A DNA stretch of 64,000 bases from Sedimentisphaerales bacterium (GCA_035528395.1 DATKYR010000119.1:1702-65701), one strand, 5' to 3'; positions 37,352-46,330 are shown, numbered from the stretch's first letter. Program-made: numbers and translations. Notes: generated from the letters alone by a model not told the origin.

Positions 37352-37867
37352 TCAGGCAATGTATGAAGCCACAGTTTTCCATTTAATTTTGCCGTCTTTT
37401 GTTACTTCATATTCAAGCAATAGATACCCTCCGTTGTGACCATCTTCAAAGTACGCAAGTACCCACTTTTTTGTTAATATCCAGATTCGGCTCTCAGAAT
37501 AGAAATTCATTGTCCCACCAACACTTCCCTTGTATGGAATAAGCTCTCTGTGCTGTCTCAAATCAGAAATAATATCCTTTACCGGGTCTTTTAGCCCTTT
37601 TCTCTTCATCTGTTCAATGTCCCAGCTATGGAGTTCGACAAGATTTGCCGGCTTGTTTTCGCCGAGGTTAGCCGTATCTTTCAGCTCTGTTTTTCTCTCG
37701 GTGGATTCCTTATTGGCCTGCTCAAGCTTTTCGACGAGTTCTTTATTGTTTACTTCTAACCGCTCAATTTCGTGTTTGTTTTTGAAATTACTAATGAGCA
37801 GGACCACTAAAGCCACACTCACAAGAACAAATCCGAATTGAAAAATTTGCCGAGAAGCGGGTTTCAT
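37352..37867 (-). CDS. hypothetical membrane-anchored protein with coiled coil
   Basis: N-terminal TM (FQFGFVLVSVALVVLLI), then a K/E-rich helix and a globular C-terminal part. No motif recognised. Confidence 0.6.
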   Translation of the reverse strand: MKPASRQIFQFGFVLVSVALVVLLISNFKNKHEIERLEVNNKELVEKLEQANKESTERKTELKDTANLGENKPANLVELHSWDIEQMKRKGLKDPVKDIISDLRQHRELIPYKGSVGGTMNFYSESRIWILTKKWVLAYFEDGHNGGYLLLEYEVTKDGKIKWKTVASYIA

Positions 37868-37965
37868 TTTATTACCTCTTAAATTGCAATCCCCTTCTCC
37901 GCTTGACTATAATATCGACATACTCTAAAATTAATCTGTAAAAATTATGTCCAACATATCGTAAC

Positions 37966-40065
37966 TCACTTATGGCTAACTGTATTTCTTCCCAAAAGCT
38001 GTATCTTGCGTACTGAAAAACAATCGTCCCCTGAAAAAAGCAGATAGCAGGTTTTGCCATCTTCACTCATCCACTTGGTTGGCAAGCAGCTTGTCTCCCC
38101 CGGCCCAACATCCCAATTTTCCGTATAGAAAACAGTTGTCCACGGCCCCCACGGCACAGACGCGTCAAAAATCCCTATCCCCCCTTTGAATCGCATATCA
38201 TCCTCACCATAGGTAGTCTGACACCACAGATACCTTTTCAACCCCGCGTTGTAACTGATACCCGAACGATAACATCTGCCGGGATTAATAAACACAGCCC
38301 CCCTACCGTGAATATTTTTTGTCCATATTGGCTTACCTGAATCATCAAGCTCTTTGAAGAATTCATAAGCGTCACGATTTCGTATTTGTTCTTTGTGCAC
38401 ACGTGCCATCACCATCCTATCCGCCGGCTCGTATGCACTATCACTATCATGCGAGTAAATATAAACGAAATTATCTCTCGCACTGGCGTAATTCCTGCCA
38501 AAGTTCAAAAATGTTGGAGCACCAAAACTCGTTGTAAATTTCCAGTCGCACCATTCCCAGTTCTTGCCGTGATCTCTGGACCAGGCTATCTGCGAATTTG
38601 CGGTGTTTCTGACTAACATATAAAGCACGCCATCGACACACAGCATCCCGCTTACTTTTGCGCCTTTAGCCCCCTGCCCTATTCTTTCGCCGCTGTCTGT
38701 ACGAATGTTGACACCCCGAAAATCAGGCGGTGACCCGACAATCTTTGCAATTCCGAGACTCAGCTTCTTTTTGGTTTTCGGCTCAAATCCCCAGCCGTCA
38801 CCATAGGCTGTGTATAAATTATCATCATCCGCCCATGTAATCGGCCAGTTATCACTGCCTTTAGCTTTGCGAATGATTGAAGAAGCCGGCGCAAAATTAA
38901 CTTTAGTAATCAAACCGCTTCGGGGATACGGCGTGTCGATTATCGCCTCCATTACCGGGTTGAACAGATATTTCTCCAGTCCACCCCAGAATCCTTCTTC
39001 CTTTGCAGAGTCAAACAGGTTTGAACCGTTTCGAACAATAATAAGTTTGAGACTTGGCACTACCAATAGCACCTGGTTGCCGGCCCCCGCCCCCGCAAAG
39101 GCATCACGGGGTACTTTGTCCCATACGCCGTCAAAATTCGTCCACCACCCCAGTCCGGAACCGGGATTAGGATTACCCGCTGGCCGGTCAGGTAAAGGCG
39201 TGCCCGCATACTTCACTACCTCTTCGACAAACCTCGAATCGATAAGCTGTTCGCCCTGCCAGTTACCTTTTCGCAGCATCAGCCGGCCCACCCGCGCTAC
39301 TGCGCGAGCGGTGTAGCTACCCCCGCCCCAGTTGGCAACCAGGTTCAAGCCGTTGACTTTATAGGTTTGACCGTATCCGATAGACCATTCGTCGTCCTTC
39401 ACACCAATAGGCCGCATAACGCGCTCCCGCAGCAGCGTCCGAACATCGGTATGCTCTGTACCCTGCAGGCTGGCTGTGACGGCATAGGAGAGCATTGCCA
39501 TGCCCGGATTGCTGTAGGCATACTTTGTTCCCGGCGGAAAAATTATCGGGGCTTTATCGCGGGAGAGAGTGAAGGGGTCGGGGTCTTTCTTCCAGAATCC
39601 ACCCTTCCAGCCAGGCAGCTCAAAATGAGGAATCTCGCCCTGCTCGGCATCTTCAACGCCTGAGGAATGTGTCGCTAAATGACGAATAGTAATTTTTGAT
39701 CTCTGCGGGTCTGCCTTCCATTCTGGAATATAGTTACAAGCCGGATCATCTACACTGAGCCGCCCATCGTTTAGAGCAAGCATCAGAGAAACGCCACCCA
39801 CTAATGCTTTAGCAAGTGAAGCTGTGTAATGGCGCCGCTTCGAATCCCACCCGGAAGCATACCATTCGTACACGATTTTGTCATTCCTGATAACCAGGAG
39901 TGTCTTTGTGCCTTTGGCAGCAAGAGTATCCTTTGCCGCATCAAGCTTCTCGGACGACATACCCTCACTTTCCGCTGATACTGTTTCCCATTCAAAGTTT
40001 GCCTGCCCTGCAAATACGAATTGGGAAAAGCAAATGATGGCCAACATACTTGAAATGATTCTCAT
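37966..40065 (-). CDS. secreted serine hydrolase (class C beta-lactamase/PBP fold) fused to a C-terminal beta-propeller-like domain of unknown function
   Basis: Start taken at MRIISSMLAIICFSQFVFA. Has SxxK (TASLAKALVG) and YxN (YAYSNPG) motifs. The C-terminal ~320 aa are rich in W/G/D (WPITWADDDNLYTAYGDGWGF...). Confidence 0.7.
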   Translation of the reverse strand: MRIISSMLAIICFSQFVFAGQANFEWETVSAESEGMSSEKLDAAKDTLAAKGTKTLLVIRNDKIVYEWYASGWDSKRRHYTASLAKALVGGVSLMLALNDGRLSVDDPACNYIPEWKADPQRSKITIRHLATHSSGVEDAEQGEIPHFELPGWKGGFWKKDPDPFTLSRDKAPIIFPPGTKYAYSNPGMAMLSYAVTASLQGTEHTDVRTLLRERVMRPIGVKDDEWSIGYGQTYKVNGLNLVANWGGGSYTARAVARVGRLMLRKGNWQGEQLIDSRFVEEVVKYAGTPLPDRPAGNPNPGSGLGWWTNFDGVWDKVPRDAFAGAGAGNQVLLVVPSLKLIIVRNGSNLFDSAKEEGFWGGLEKYLFNPVMEAIIDTPYPRSGLITKVNFAPASSIIRKAKGSDNWPITWADDDNLYTAYGDGWGFEPKTKKKLSLGIAKIVGSPPDFRGVNIRTDSGERIGQGAKGAKVSGMLCVDGVLYMLVRNTANSQIAWSRDHGKNWEWCDWKFTTSFGAPTFLNFGRNYASARDNFVYIYSHDSDSAYEPADRMVMARVHKEQIRNRDAYEFFKELDDSGKPIWTKNIHGRGAVFINPGRCYRSGISYNAGLKRYLWCQTTYGEDDMRFKGGIGIFDASVPWGPWTTVFYTENWDVGPGETSCLPTKWMSEDGKTCYLLFSGDDCFSVRKIQLLGRNTVSHK

Positions 40066-40252
40066 TGTACTATCTCTTCTTTTGGATGTTAGCACATTAA
40101 GCTCACCAGTTCGGCCCCCCGTTGCTATACGACACTATAAGCAGATCATAAACAATCATCAGTGAATAGACAATAGTCAATAATAAATTAATACCCCCCT
40201 GCCCTGCCGGTCTGCTCTGGTGGGATATGAAATGCGAAAGACAAGATATTAA

Positions 40253-40301
40253 ATACGATATACAACGTATGACATACGATATACGAGATACGCAATACGA
40301 T
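40253..40301 (+). repeat. seven phased heptamers ATACGAT ATACAAC GTATGAC ATACGAT ATACGAG ATACGCA ATACGAT
   Basis: Strict 7-nt phase over 49 nt. The same unit occurs at 19624..19651. It lies between the small-basic-protein stop and the start of the next gene. Confidence 0.8.
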
Positions 40302-40302
40302 A

Positions 40303-40554
40303 TTAACTTTCTTTTCCTTCGGTTTTTGGTGTTTCGGCTTCGACTGATACTTCTTCAGTTACAGCTTCTTTAGCGGGAGCTTCTTTTCGGCCGGCGTGGC
40401 TCTTGCGATGAGCAACCTTCGGCAGACCCAGTAAAGATTCACCCTCAGACCATCGCTCTTCTTCTTTTAGCTTTTCGATACGTTCAGCACGCGTCAGAAC
40501 GTTTCGGTGTCGGCTCAAGGCGCCTTTGATTTTTAAAGAACGATCAATAGACAT
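40303..40554 (-). CDS. PVC-type small basic protein
   Basis: MSIDRSLKIKGALSRHRNVLTRAERIEKL...GLPKV matches my recollection of the small basic protein family restricted to Planctomycetes/Verrucomicrobia/Chlamydiae. Confidence 0.65.
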   Translation of the reverse strand: MSIDRSLKIKGALSRHRNVLTRAERIEKLKEEERWSEGESLLGLPKVAHRKSHAGRKEAPAKEAVTEEVSVEAETPKTEGKES

Positions 40555-40578
40555 TCAAAATTTCTCCTAAAAAAACTT

Positions 40579-41328
40579 TCACTTTACTTTCTTGCCGTAG
40601 GCGTCGCTGAAAAAATTCGGCGCAAAGGTTTCAAAAGATGGAGGAGCTTTACCTTTATATTCAGCTCCGACCTTGATAATTTCTTGCAATGCTTTGTATC
40701 CATCGGTCCCAGGCGTTCCCGGGTTATCGTATCTATTCTTTGTTTGCAAAAAGTAACGGCCGTTTTCCATCACAATTTCAGTAGCAATGCCGTACTCGGC
40801 GAAATGTGCCTTCACTGGTACTAAGTCCGCTCGCGCTTCATACTGCACCAGGACAATCACATTGCTACCTGTCAATGTCGGCTGAACAGGTGTAACATCT
40901 TCAATACCCCGTAATGTACTATCTTCAACGGGCGCAGGCGGTTCCCTTATATCGGCCGTCTCCCGCTCTATCGGAGTTCTCCGATTAATCTGCGGCCTTT
41001 CTACGGCTGTGCTGATTGCTCTCTGGTCGGTTAGATTATATTCCTGACCGAGCCGAAAGGCTGCCAGAACCAGCAGAATAAGGCCCAGAACCAACGCAAC
41101 GGCGAGCTGATACGGCATTGAGAACTCGATTCTGCCAAAATTGAATTGGACAATTCTCGGCTTTCTCATCAATCGTGCTGTTGCTTTGGATTTTTCTATA
41201 TTAACGGCGGACTTACCTTCGACAGAGCTTTTTGGTTTCATTTGCTCTAAGGTCCTGCCGTAGCCGGGCTTTTCACGGGCCTTACTCATCACCTCGTAAA
41301 GAGCCTTTTTTCTTCGATTACGTACCAT
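40579..41328 (-). CDS. hypothetical membrane-anchored protein, possible C-terminal SPOR-like domain
   Basis: Basic N-terminus, one TM (LAVALVLGLILLVLAAF). The C-terminal IVLVQYEARADLVPVKAHFAEYGIATEIVMENGRYFLQT resembles the SPOR beta-alpha-beta pattern. Confidence 0.55.
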   Translation of the reverse strand: MVRNRRKKALYEVMSKAREKPGYGRTLEQMKPKSSVEGKSAVNIEKSKATARLMRKPRIVQFNFGRIEFSMPYQLAVALVLGLILLVLAAFRLGQEYNLTDQRAISTAVERPQINRRTPIERETADIREPPAPVEDSTLRGIEDVTPVQPTLTGSNVIVLVQYEARADLVPVKAHFAEYGIATEIVMENGRYFLQTKNRYDNPGTPGTDGYKALQEIIKVGAEYKGKAPPSFETFAPNFFSDAYGKKVK

Positions 41329-41660
41329 AGCCGAATCTGCTTAATTAAACAAAACATTCGTTAAACAACCATTATATCGGCATAAATTCAAACAACAAGC
41401 CAATATCAGCCAAGAAATTGTCTAATTTTTATAATATTTCAATCTGGATTTCAGAGATGAACCACCAACATTTATAAGTGAGAAGTCAAACAAATACGCT
41501 GGTAAATCGGCATAGAGAAAGGACATTTGCTTTTTATACTTGTTGTGAGAATATTTATAAAGCTCTTTTATGCAGATGCTTACAGTGATTTGCAGGCATT
41601 TTAGAATGAGTGTTTTTTTGTGCTTTTTGGCATAATTTGCTTCAAAAGCATTGATTTCCC

Positions 41661-41690
41661 TTGACGAGAAGATTGCTAATATGGTATAAA
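41661..41690 (+). promoter_or_regulatory. sigma70-like promoter with extended -10 (TTGACG - 18 nt - TGgTATAAA), twin of 1151..1180
   Basis: TTGACG is at 41661-41666 and TGGTATAAA at 41682-41690. The flanking bases match the 1151..1180 promoter. Confidence 0.6.
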
Positions 41691-41737
41691 TAAAATTGAT
41701 TGGAGTGTGGTTTTTGTCTCCCCGGAGGCTAAACTTG

Positions 41738-41770
41738 TACCCGCGTAGGCGGGTATCTATAATTTTTTTT
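41738..41770 (+). other. leader hairpin TACCCGC-gtag-GCGGGTA followed, after 7 nt, by T8
   Basis: Located about 40 nt downstream of the predicted -10. The T-run is not adjacent to the stem, so it is not a canonical terminator. Confidence 0.3.
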
Positions 41771-41819
41771 GAATTAGCTTAGTAGGAAAGCTAATGTAAG
41801 AGGTGGAATTTTAGCTAAT

Positions 41820-41933
41820 TCCTGTTGCGTGAACAGTATTTGTCATTCCCGCGGAAGCGGGAATCCAGCTTTTTCGATCTGGACCCCTGCTTTCGAAGGG
41901 GTGACATAGTCGGTTTTTGCTTTCCGCAACAGA
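41820..41933. mobile_element. MITE-like element, family B copy 2 (114 bp), inside the 5' leader of 42222..44954
   Basis: Same termini as copy 1 (TCCTGTTGCG... / ...CCGCAACAGA) and the same core (GTCATTCCCGC..GCGGGAATCCAGC..GGACCCCTGCTTTCG..GGGGTGACA). Flanked by a degenerate direct repeat TAGCTAAT / TACTAAT. Confidence 0.65.
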
Positions 41934-42221
41934 TACTAATTAAACTTCATACTGAAGAACTTTACATTTTGTTAGCACCTAAGATTGGTTTTTTAAAGGA
42001 AGGAGGTATTAGCAAATCGTAAAAAATAATTCTGTGCAGAAGATGTAGTGAGTGTGAAAATTATTATTGGCCGTTTTGTTTGTAATTGCCGGCACCTCCG
42101 TGCTTTCCTGCGAGAACAAGAACAGGGATTTCATAGGCACAGGTGTTTCTTACAAACGACGGGTGTTTTGGCGTGTGGCCAGAGCATAATTATTTAACTT
42201 TTTTTTACAAGGAGTACTATT

Positions 42222-44954
42222 ATGTCTAAGAAGTTGTTTTATTTGGTTACTTTCGTTTTGGTGTTGAGCCTGGTTGGTTCAAATGTAGTCTTTGGTGCCA
42301 TCGAGATAGAAAGAAATATCGCTTCTTCTAACGATGACGGTGAAGCTCTCGTCGATGGCGGTGCGGATAGTCGGGGCAGCAGCGACCTTGAGATGCCGTG
42401 GGAAGGTGATGGCGCGACGGGCAACAAACAAATTATAGGTTTGCGTTTTCGTGATATCCCCCTTGAGAAAGGTGAAGAGATATCTGAAGCCTATGTGCAG
42501 TTCACGGCCGACGACCAGAAGGTGAGCGGCGCGACTGTGAATCTTATCATCAGCGGTCTATTACAGCCCAATCCCGGTGAGTTTGGAAGTGGCGAACAAT
42601 TTTACGATGACAGAGATCCCAAAACGGCTGCGGAGGTCAAGTGGACCGATATACCGGATTGGACCCTCGTCATAGCAACACCCGAGTCAAGGACCCCGAA
42701 TATCGCCTCTATCATCAACGAGATAATCAGCCAGAACGACTGGACAAGCGGCAACGCCCTGATACTATTTATCAGGGACGACGAAACAAATCCCTCCACC
42801 GACATTAGAAGTGCTTTAGCTGACGGTCCGGCAAAGCTGATTTTGAAAATTGCCGTTCCATACGCTACGGAACCGTCTCCGGCCAATGGTGCCTTACTTG
42901 AGGAAACTTGGGTTACCCTTGGCTGGGCACCTGGAAAGTCTGCGGTCTCGCACGATGTGTATATGGCAGACAATCTTGCAGATGTGGAGTCCGGTGCCGA
43001 GAGCGCATTCCAAGGCAACCAGGCCACGACGATGTTTATTGCAGGATTTGCCGGATTTGCTTTTCCGGATGGCCTTGTGCCGGGCACGACATATTACTGG
43101 CGGGTTGACGAGGTTGAGGCCGATGGAACTACGGTCTCAGGCGAAGTCTGGAGCTTTCTGGTTCCACCCAAGAAGGCCTACAATCCCAACCCGGGTGATG
43201 GTAAAAAGAATATAGACCCGGATGTGGAGCTTAACTGGACGGAAGGTTACGGAGCGAAACTACACACTGTTTACTTCGGCGATAATTTTGACCAGGTGAA
43301 TAATGCTACCGGTGGCCAGTCTCAGGCAGCTTTAACCTATACTCCCGGCACCCTCGAATCGGGCAAGGCATACTATTGGCGGGTCGATGAGTTCGATGTC
43401 GTTACAACGCATAAAGGCGATGTCTGGAGTTTCACAACATTACCCGTTATCACCATTACCGACCCGAACCTTATCGGCTGGTGGATGTTTGACGAAGGTA
43501 CTGGCAATACTGCCATCGATTTTTCCGGTTACGGCAATAATGGCACGCTGGGCGGTGGCGCTCAGTGGGTAGATGGTGTCATAGGCGGCGCGCTGAATTT
43601 GGTCGACGGTGGTCATGTTATAATTGACAGTGTACTTGATGACATAACAAGCCCCAATATTTCACTCAGTATATGGATTAAAACCACGCAGGGGAGTGAG
43701 GGAGAATTGATTGCAGCTAACACGACTGGCAGCAGTCACCCCTTTATGTTAGGCATTCAAGGCGGTAATATCTATGTGAACGAAGATAGCGACGTAGGAC
43801 AGTTCCCCCCTGCTGTCAATGACGACCAGTGGCATATGATAACGTATGTCAGGAACGGGTCAAGAGGATATATATACGTCGATGGAGTTGAGCAAGGCAG
43901 GTATCAAGGCGGCTTCGATTTGGACGCGATAGCACGGTGGTCGATAGGAATGGAATGGGATTCTGCACCGAGCAACTTTTATAATGGCATGGTGGACGAC
44001 GCCCGCTTCTACAATGCGTCACTGACGGCGGATCAGGTTAAGGAGCTTATGAGAGGTGACCCATTAGTTGCCTGGAAACCGAGCCCGGATAATAACTCAA
44101 CAGTGGATATCGACGAGGCGAAGCAGCCTCTTAGCTGGTCGGCGGGAGATGCGGCATCAGAGCACGATGTGTACTTCGGCGCTGATAAAGACGCTGTAGA
44201 AAAGGCCGATGCATCTGATACGACCGGTATATATCGAGGCAGACAGGGTGCTACCAGTTACAGTATCCCCGAAGCTCTTGAATGGGCCGGAGGGCCTTAC
44301 TACTGGCGAATCGACGAGAATAATACCGACGGTACTATCAGCACAGGTGGAACATGGAGCTTTTCAGTAGCCGATTATCTTATCGTGGACGATTTTGAGG
44401 ACTACGACACCGGCGAAAACCAGATATGGTACGCCTGGGTAGACGGACTTGGCTACGGTATTCCGGGTACTCCGCCCTACTCTGCCGGTAACGGGTCCGG
44501 CTCTGCTGTCGGAGACGAAACCACCTATTCTTATACTGAGGAGACTATTGTTCATGGCGGCAGCCAGGCGATGCCTGTCTACTATGACAACAACCAGCAG
44601 GCCAAGCTCAAGTATTCAGAGGTGGAGATGACATTGAGCTCCTTACGAGACTGGACTAAGGAAGGTGTTGGAGTACTAACGATTTGGTTCCATGGCGTTG
44701 CGTCTAATGGTGCTGAGTCCTTGTATGTGGCTCTCAATGGCAATGCGGTAGTTACTCATGATAATCCAAATGCAGCACAGGTAGAAACCTGGACTCAATG
44801 GAATATCGACCTGCAGGCGTTTGCCGACCAGGGCGTGAACCTGGCTAATGTCAATACGATTGCTATTGGTATTGGTAACAAGAACAATCCGTTAGCTGGT
44901 GGTTCAGGTACGATGTACATCGATGATATTCTGCTGTATCGGCCGGCTCCATAG
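42222..44954 (+). CDS. secreted multidomain protein, paralogue of 1410..3608 with a different N-terminal domain and an inserted LamG (concanavalin-A-like lectin) domain
   Basis: AAGGAG lies upstream. Signal peptide MSKKLFYLVTFVLVLSLVGSNVVFG. Three SHDVY / HTVYFG ... YYWR(V/I)DE ... VWSF repeats. LamG pattern: LIGWWMFDEGTGNTAIDFSGYGNNGTL...SLSIWIKT...YVDGVE...VDDARFYN. C-terminal YLIVDDFEDYD...MYIDDILLY domain. Confidence 0.85.
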   Translation: MSKKLFYLVTFVLVLSLVGSNVVFGAIEIERNIASSNDDGEALVDGGADSRGSSDLEMPWEGDGATGNKQIIGLRFRDIPLEKGEEISEAYVQFTADDQKVSGATVNLIISGLLQPNPGEFGSGEQFYDDRDPKTAAEVKWTDIPDWTLVIATPESRTPNIASIINEIISQNDWTSGNALILFIRDDETNPSTDIRSALADGPAKLILKIAVPYATEPSPANGALLEETWVTLGWAPGKSAVSHDVYMADNLADVESGAESAFQGNQATTMFIAGFAGFAFPDGLVPGTTYYWRVDEVEADGTTVSGEVWSFLVPPKKAYNPNPGDGKKNIDPDVELNWTEGYGAKLHTVYFGDNFDQVNNATGGQSQAALTYTPGTLESGKAYYWRVDEFDVVTTHKGDVWSFTTLPVITITDPNLIGWWMFDEGTGNTAIDFSGYGNNGTLGGGAQWVDGVIGGALNLVDGGHVIIDSVLDDITSPNISLSIWIKTTQGSEGELIAANTTGSSHPFMLGIQGGNIYVNEDSDVGQFPPAVNDDQWHMITYVRNGSRGYIYVDGVEQGRYQGGFDLDAIARWSIGMEWDSAPSNFYNGMVDDARFYNASLTADQVKELMRGDPLVAWKPSPDNNSTVDIDEAKQPLSWSAGDAASEHDVYFGADKDAVEKADASDTTGIYRGRQGATSYSIPEALEWAGGPYYWRIDENNTDGTISTGGTWSFSVADYLIVDDFEDYDTGENQIWYAWVDGLGYGIPGTPPYSAGNGSGSAVGDETTYSYTEETIVHGGSQAMPVYYDNNQQAKLKYSEVEMTLSSLRDWTKEGVGVLTIWFHGVASNGAESLYVALNGNAVVTHDNPNAAQVETWTQWNIDLQAFADQGVNLANVNTIAIGIGNKNNPLAGGSGTMYIDDILLYRPAP

Positions 44955-45062
44955 CAAGAAGCACCGGAAGCCATAAATGATAGTTGATCGTTTGCAGTGA
45001 CAGACGATGGCCAAACGGATTTGTATAACTTGTACCTGCGGTTACGCAAGTGCAGACAATTC

Positions 45063-45104
45063 GGGGCTTATACCGAATGATTCGGTATAGGCCCCTTCTT
45101 TAAA
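45063..45104 (+). terminator. rho-independent terminator (GGGGCTTATACCGAA / TTCGGTATAGGCCCC), twin of 3734..3777
   Basis: A 15-bp stem (one mismatch) followed by TTCTTT. It is preceded by the CAATTC seen at the paralogue. Confidence 0.75.
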
Positions 45105-45174
45105 TAGTAAACTACTACCGCCTGAAGGCGAGTGATTTTCTCCCATTCCCCGAATGGGACATTAAGGGATCTAT

Positions 45175-45206
45175 AAAAAAGGCCGCTTTGAAAAGCGGCC
45201 TTTTTA
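45175..45206. terminator. bidirectional rho-independent terminator AAAAAAGGCCGCTTT-gaa-AAGCGGCCTTTTT
   Basis: A perfect GC-rich stem flanked by an A-run and a T-run. It sits between convergent genes 42222..44954 (+) and 45275..46330 (-). Confidence 0.85.
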
Positions 45207-45274
45207 CTCGCCGTTAAGAATAACCTCAAACAATTTTTATAGTTCGGCCTTTGGTTCTGTTAATAACACAAATC

Positions 45275-46330
45275 TCAGAAGCCATTATTTTCCTGGTGCT
45301 CGCCGTTGTCACCGCTTCGTGGATGTGCGTTTTCATATACGTCTTTGAGCTTTGTTGTCGTAAGATGCGTGTAAATCTGAGTCGTTGACAGCGACTGATG
45401 ACCGAGCAGCTCCTGGACACTTCTTAGGTCCGCACCATTGTTTAACATATGCGTTGCAAAACTGTGACGCAGGGTATGTGGGCTGATGGCCGGGTCCAGT
45501 CCTGCCATCTTAAGATATTTGTCCATCTTACGACGGACGCTGCGGGTGCTGAGCCGTTTGCCGTGTTTGTTGACGAATAAAACTTTGGAATCAAAATTGC
45601 CGTTATTTTGTGCCCGTTTATTCCTGAACTCCATATAGTGCTGAATGACCTGCAAGGCGGATGAGCCGATAGGTGCGATTCTTTCCTTTTTGCCTTTGCC
45701 TCTGACATGCACGATCTCGCCAAGGAAGTCTATATCATCCATATTTAGCGCTACAAGCTCGCTGACTCTTATGCCGGTGCTGTAAAGCGTCTCCAGAATG
45801 GCTCTGTCTCTGGCACCGAGCCAGTTATCCTGTGGTGGCGTATCGAGTAATTTCTTTACTTCTTCATACTCAAGAAATCGCGGCAGCTTCTTGTCCTGTT
45901 TTGGAGTTCTGACGGCTACTACCGGATTGGAGGTGACCTGGTTTCTTTTAACAAGGAACTTGTAAAAGCTCCGCAGGGTAGCCAGTTTGCGGGCTATGGT
46001 CGCTTTGGAATACTGCTTCTCATTAAGAAAAGCAAGATAAGCCCTGACGACATCTGTCCCTGCTGAAAGAAGTAACTGGTCGACTTTCAGATTAACGTGT
46101 GTTGCCACGGCCGTGGCCGAGCCACCCTGTTCCTCTGTCGGTGACATCAACTCGGTATGCGGCGGGCTGCCGATCGACTCGGTATGCAGCGGTCTGCCGT
46201 CAGAAAAACCAATCAGAAACTCACCATACTGGTTCAGGTCGGCGCCATAACATTTGGCTGTGTGCTCGGAGAAACGCCTTTCAAATCTCAGGTAATCTAA
46301 AAACTTTTGGACTGTTGTACTTTCTTCCAT
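45275..46330 (-). CDS. tyrosine recombinase, XerC/XerD family
   Basis: Motifs ARDRAILETLYSTGIRVSEL, HTLRHSFATHML, LLGHQSLSTTQIYTH (R..HxxR..Y catalytic set). The N-terminal SAM-like domain carries an insertion with a 27-nt tandem duplication. Confidence 0.85.
   Translation of the reverse strand: MEESTTVQKFLDYLRFERRFSEHTAKCYGADLNQYGEFLIGFSDGRPLHTESIGSPPHTELMSPTEEQGGSATAVATHVNLKVDQLLLSAGTDVVRAYLAFLNEKQYSKATIARKLATLRSFYKFLVKRNQVTSNPVVAVRTPKQDKKLPRFLEYEEVKKLLDTPPQDNWLGARDRAILETLYSTGIRVSELVALNMDDIDFLGEIVHVRGKGKKERIAPIGSSALQVIQHYMEFRNKRAQNNGNFDSKVLFVNKHGKRLSTRSVRRKMDKYLKMAGLDPAISPHTLRHSFATHMLNNGADLRSVQELLGHQSLSTTQIYTHLTTTKLKDVYENAHPRSGDNGEHQENNGF

Noticed and set aside
37177-37439. ORFs 37177..37359 (-) and 37221..37439 (+) between the amidohydrolase and the 171-aa gene
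   Set aside because: The region carries chimeric repeat motifs (GGGAATCCAG as in family B, CCATTGCGAGCG as in family A). The two ORFs overlap each other and the neighbouring real gene.
41825-42022. 65-aa plus-strand ORF (…SFPRKRESSFFDLDPCFRRGD…)
   Set aside because: It is a translation of the family B MITE inside the 5' leader. The same kind of artefact appears at the other copy.
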